Source of the DNA: Gammaproteobacteria bacterium
Lineage (GTDB): Bacteria > Pseudomonadota > Gammaproteobacteria > Steroidobacterales > Rariloculaceae
Direction: 5' to 3'
NCBI GenBank assembly: GCA_017577365.2
Contig: PKRJ02000004.1
Location: 9,959 to 73,958 of the forward strand
Length of the DNA: 64,000 nucleotides
This document shows, in pieces, positions 61,408 to 64,000 of the stretch. Numbering within the stretch: position 1 is the stretch's first letter; each line of letters opens with the position of its first letter. A program made the position numbers and the translations under genes. Under the pieces are notes generated by a model. The model made no database searches, was not told the DNA's origin, and saw only the letters and a program-made list of their open reading frames with translations.

Positions 61408-62116
61408 TGCCCCGCGACACGACGGCCGTGCACGGAGCGCGGCGGTCCTCGGGCTGTTGATCGCTCCGCTGCTCGCTTCGTGCGGCGTCACGTCGCGAAT
61501 GGAGCCTTACAAGCAAACCGATGCCGTCATCGACGACGGCGAGCGAGTGGTGATCCTCGCCCGCCGGCACCACGCGAACCACGAGGCCGAGCAGGAGTTC
61601 ATCAACTGCATCAGCGATTCGCTGTCGAAGGGCAAAGACGGCATCGCGGTGCATCCGTCGTCCGAGTTCGAGGACAAGATGTACCCGTGGTTCGAGCCGT
61701 CGATGGCGCCGCTCAGCACGGACGATCTCTCGAAGCTGCTCGAGAAGCCCGGCGTCCTGGAGCAGGTCCGCGAGACGGGCGTCCGCTTCCTGATCTGGCT
61801 CGACGGCTCGACGGACCGCGTCGCGAGCGGCGGCGGCATCACGTGTGCCGCCGGCGTCGGCGGAGCCGGTTGCATGGGGCTCGCGTGGTGGGAAGACGAT
61901 GCCCGCTACGACGCGACCGTGTGGGATATCAAGGAACTGTCGTCGGCCGGCACGATCCACGCGGACGTCAAGGGTCGTTCCGTGATGCCTGCGATCGTGA
62001 TTCCGCTGCCGTTCATCGCCCGCCCGCAGGCCGCCGCGTGCCGCGGCCTCACGGAGCAGATCCGGCAATTCCTGACGACCCCCGAAGGCTACGGCGCAGG
62101 CCCCGAAGAGGGTTGA
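61373..62116 (+). CDS. hypothetical lipoprotein
   Basis: ORF 61277..62116. Start at ATG 61373 (MKLRCPP...AAVLGLLIAPLLASC; lipobox LLASC; GGGAGAGACAGG upstream). Overlaps the preceding gene by 35 nt. Confidence 0.65.
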   Translation: MKLRCPPTSAANAPRHDGRARSAAVLGLLIAPLLASCGVTSRMEPYKQTDAVIDDGERVVILARRHHANHEAEQEFINCISDSLSKGKDGIAVHPSSEFEDKMYPWFEPSMAPLSTDDLSKLLEKPGVLEQVRETGVRFLIWLDGSTDRVASGGGITCAAGVGGAGCMGLAWWEDDARYDATVWDIKELSSAGTIHADVKGRSVMPAIVIPLPFIARPQAAACRGLTEQIRQFLTTPEGYGAGPEEG

Positions 62117-62269
62117 GCCCGGCGTCGCACTGCTCGCTCGCCCCGGGCCTGCGACGTCCGAGTCTCCGCGACAGCGGCCCCCGCTCACCGCCGCCTCGCT
62201 TGCCGATGGCCCCTGACTCGAATGCTCCATTCTTAGCGCGCCGCTTTAACTAATTTCTGCAACGCCTTG

Positions 62270-63115
62270 ATGAAACACAAAGAAGAGCCGCTGCCCGACA
62301 CCAGCCCGACGGATGAGCTGCCGGTTCTGACGGAGCAAGACGTCGTCCATTTCCCCACGGGCACGCACCTCGCGACGGCACCGGTCGCGGCGCCGGACCT
62401 GCCGCAGCAAGGCTCGCACGCGGAAGATTCGCTTCTCGACGCGACCACCACCCTGCTGCGCGCGGTGCCGGATCGCTCCGCCCCTGAAGAGCGCGATCGT
62501 GTCGCAGCGCTCGAGGCGCGCCTCGCAGAGCTCGAAGCCGAGCTCGAGGATCGCAATGCGCTGATCGTTTCACTCGAGGAACGCTTACGCGCGACGCGTG
62601 CAGCCGTCGCGAGGCGCGACGAATCGCTACGCAGCCTGACGGCGCAGCTCGAGGACATGACCGAGCGCCTTCGCGAAACCGAGGCGCGTCTCGATGAGGC
62701 GCTCATGACGGAACGCGCCGAGGCAAAGGTCGAATCGAGCCGCTCGAGTGGCCAGGCGACGAGCGCGAACAAGCCGCGGGTCATGGCCGCCGCGCAGGCG
62801 GCGCTCGCGCGGAGCCGCGAGGAGGCGGCCGCCCTCGCCGCTTACATCGACCGCCGACGTGCGCACTGGCTAGAGCTCGCCGACCGGCTGAGGGACGAAC
62901 GCGCGAAAGTGCGCGACCTCGAGCGCGAGCTCGAGCAACGAGTTTCGAGGGAGCGCCGGGAGCGAGAACGGGCGAATGCGGAGGCCGAGCGAGCGGAGAA
63001 GCTGGCGTCCGAGCTCGCGACGACCCGCCGCCTGCTCGAGCACCATGGACCGCTCGGACATGGCATACTCGGCGCGCCGCCAAACGGCCTGCACAACGAA
63101 TCGACCTCGAAGTAG
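62270..63115 (+). CDS. coiled-coil protein of unknown function
   Basis: ATG at 62270. E/R/L/A-rich heptad-like sequence (ALEARLAELEAELEDRNALIVSLEERL...). High third-position G/C in this frame. Confidence 0.7.
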   Translation: MKHKEEPLPDTSPTDELPVLTEQDVVHFPTGTHLATAPVAAPDLPQQGSHAEDSLLDATTTLLRAVPDRSAPEERDRVAALEARLAELEAELEDRNALIVSLEERLRATRAAVARRDESLRSLTAQLEDMTERLRETEARLDEALMTERAEAKVESSRSSGQATSANKPRVMAAAQAALARSREEAAALAAYIDRRRAHWLELADRLRDERAKVRDLERELEQRVSRERRERERANAEAERAEKLASELATTRRLLEHHGPLGHGILGAPPNGLHNESTSK

Positions 63116-63138
63116 CTTCTTATTCTCCCGTAGAAACA

Positions 63139-63399
63139 GTGGCTTCTCGTCTAAAATTCGAGTTGGTTCTGGCCATAACCCTGATTGCGTTCGGGCTTGT
63201 CGGGCTGCCGATCGCCGTTTATTGGGTCGGGCAAGTCGTGATCGGCGAATACGAGAGCGACGGCGGCGCCGGCGGATTGGTCGGCGCGGTGTGGGACGGC
63301 CTCGGAAGCGGCAGCGCGCCAGCGTGGATCCTCGTGCTGAGCCCGTATGTCGTGATTCAACTCTTTCGGGCTGCGCTTGCCGTCGCCCGAAAACGATGA
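63139..63399 (+). CDS. small membrane protein (two predicted TM segments)
   Basis: 86 codons, GTG start without a good SD. Hydrophobic segments LVLAITLIAFGLVGLPIAVYWV and WILVLSPYVVIQLF. Confidence 0.5.
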   Translation: MASRLKFELVLAITLIAFGLVGLPIAVYWVGQVVIGEYESDGGAGGLVGAVWDGLGSGSAPAWILVLSPYVVIQLFRAALAVARKR

Positions 63400-63442
63400 C
63401 GGCTCTGCCCTCCCAGGGTCGCGAATTATGTGCAGTGACCCA

Positions 63443-63727
63443 TCAGGGCCAGTAGTACCAGCCGATCACCGCAAGCAGCACCGCCGTCGGGATCAGCGCC
63501 GCCCCTCGCCACGGGCGAACCCTGAGGAAGCCGTAGAAACTCAGTCCGGCGAACAGGGTCAAAAGCGCAAACAGTGCAAGGCTCACTCCCAACGATCCCA
63601 TTTCCGTGCGAAATCTCGGGTATTCGGACCCTAGCACGAGGAAAATGACGGCCACGCCGGCGAGAGAGAACAGGATCGAGGCCGCCGTTCCGAGCACGAA
63701 TCCCAGCAAGACAACCGATGGCCGCAT
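63443..63727 (-). CDS. small membrane protein (three predicted TM segments)
   Basis: 94 aa. AGGA lies 4 nt upstream of the ATG at 63727. Strongly hydrophobic throughout. Confidence 0.55.
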   Translation of the reverse strand: MRPSVVLLGFVLGTAASILFSLAGVAVIFLVLGSEYPRFRTEMGSLGVSLALFALLTLFAGLSFYGFLRVRPWRGAALIPTAVLLAVIGWYYWP

Positions 63728-63848
63728 TTCGTCCTAATTTCCTTGGCTTCCTTGCCGTGCCCGACCGGGGCAGGCTTGATTCGGCCGAACTTCGGCCCGA
63801 AACTTAACCAACGCTCAGAAAGCCGGCAACCGTGCTTCGAGGAGGTAT

Positions 63849-64000
63849 TGTGAGGGAACGTCTCCGTCCGCTCTTGATCGGAGCCGCGCTAGTCTGTGCG
63901 AGCTTCACAGCCTCGGCAACGCTCGAGGATCCGCCCCCTCCGGTCGCGATGGCGGCCAAGCACCCGGATATCAGTCGCAGCGTCACGAAGCTGATCGAAG
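63849..64000 (+). CDS. 5' end of an exported protein running out of the window (partial)
   Basis: GTG at 63849 with GGAGG 4-5 nt upstream. VRERLRPLLIGAALVCASFTASA is signal-peptide-like. Open to the window edge. Identity not determinable. Confidence 0.45.

Noticed and set aside
62233-62784. 183-codon minus-strand ORF with a Ser/Arg-rich product
   Set aside because: It is the mirror image of the Glu/Leu/Ala-rich coiled-coil gene on the + strand, which has the better codon bias and a proper ATG. Ser/Arg runs are what antisense coiled-coil codons produce.

Overview
High-G+C (roughly two-thirds by eye), gene-dense proteobacterial chromosome segment. I saw no rRNA, CRISPR array, transposase, integrase, or recognisable phage or defence gene.

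Core block (about 5.4-44.3 kb), nearly all on the minus strand, is a conserved gammaproteobacterial housekeeping region:
- initiator-type tRNA-Met
- a complete 14-gene nuoA-N operon, with nuoC and nuoD separate
- tRNA-Leu(GAG)-secG-tpiA-glmM-ftsH-rlmE, then yhbY
- greA-carB-carA-dapB-dnaJ-dnaK-grpE-hrcA
- nadK-recN, fur, bamE, rnfH-ratA, an NSS-family Na+ symporter, smpB, and tmRNA (tag ANDDNYALAA)

Gene order matches the Pseudomonas / E. coli arrangement as I remember it. The hrcA-grpE-dnaK-dnaJ layout and the unfused nuoC/nuoD suggest a Xanthomonadales/Nevskiales-like gammaproteobacterium (inference only).

Accessory-looking flanks:
- 0-5.4 kb: three exported proteins of unknown function, a soluble PQQ dehydrogenase, and a periplasmic peroxiredoxin.
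- 44.3-64 kb: a TonB-dependent receptor with a Tat-signal amidohydrolase_2 (decarboxylase-like) enzyme, a second PQQ dehydrogenase, tal-tkt, a secreted PRC-barrel protein with a 27-bp tandem coding repeat, an ACAD-fold flavoprotein preceded by a 50-codon ORF, a serine hydrolase-YceI pair, two overlapping lipoprotein genes, a coiled-coil protein and small membrane proteins.

I did not find a clear-cut novel multi-gene system. The best leads are:
- the perfect palindromic operator plus the micro-ORF/ACAD-fold operon at 56.6-58.2 kb
- the receptor plus Tat-exported decarboxylase-like pair at 44.6-48.4 kb
- the repeat-bearing PRC-barrel protein
- the uncharacterised lipoprotein/coiled-coil cluster at 60.8-63.1 kb

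Gene starts were chosen by eye from Shine-Dalgarno spacing and homologue N-termini, so they are less certain than stops. The many long overlapping ORFs in the track are high-GC antisense artefacts.
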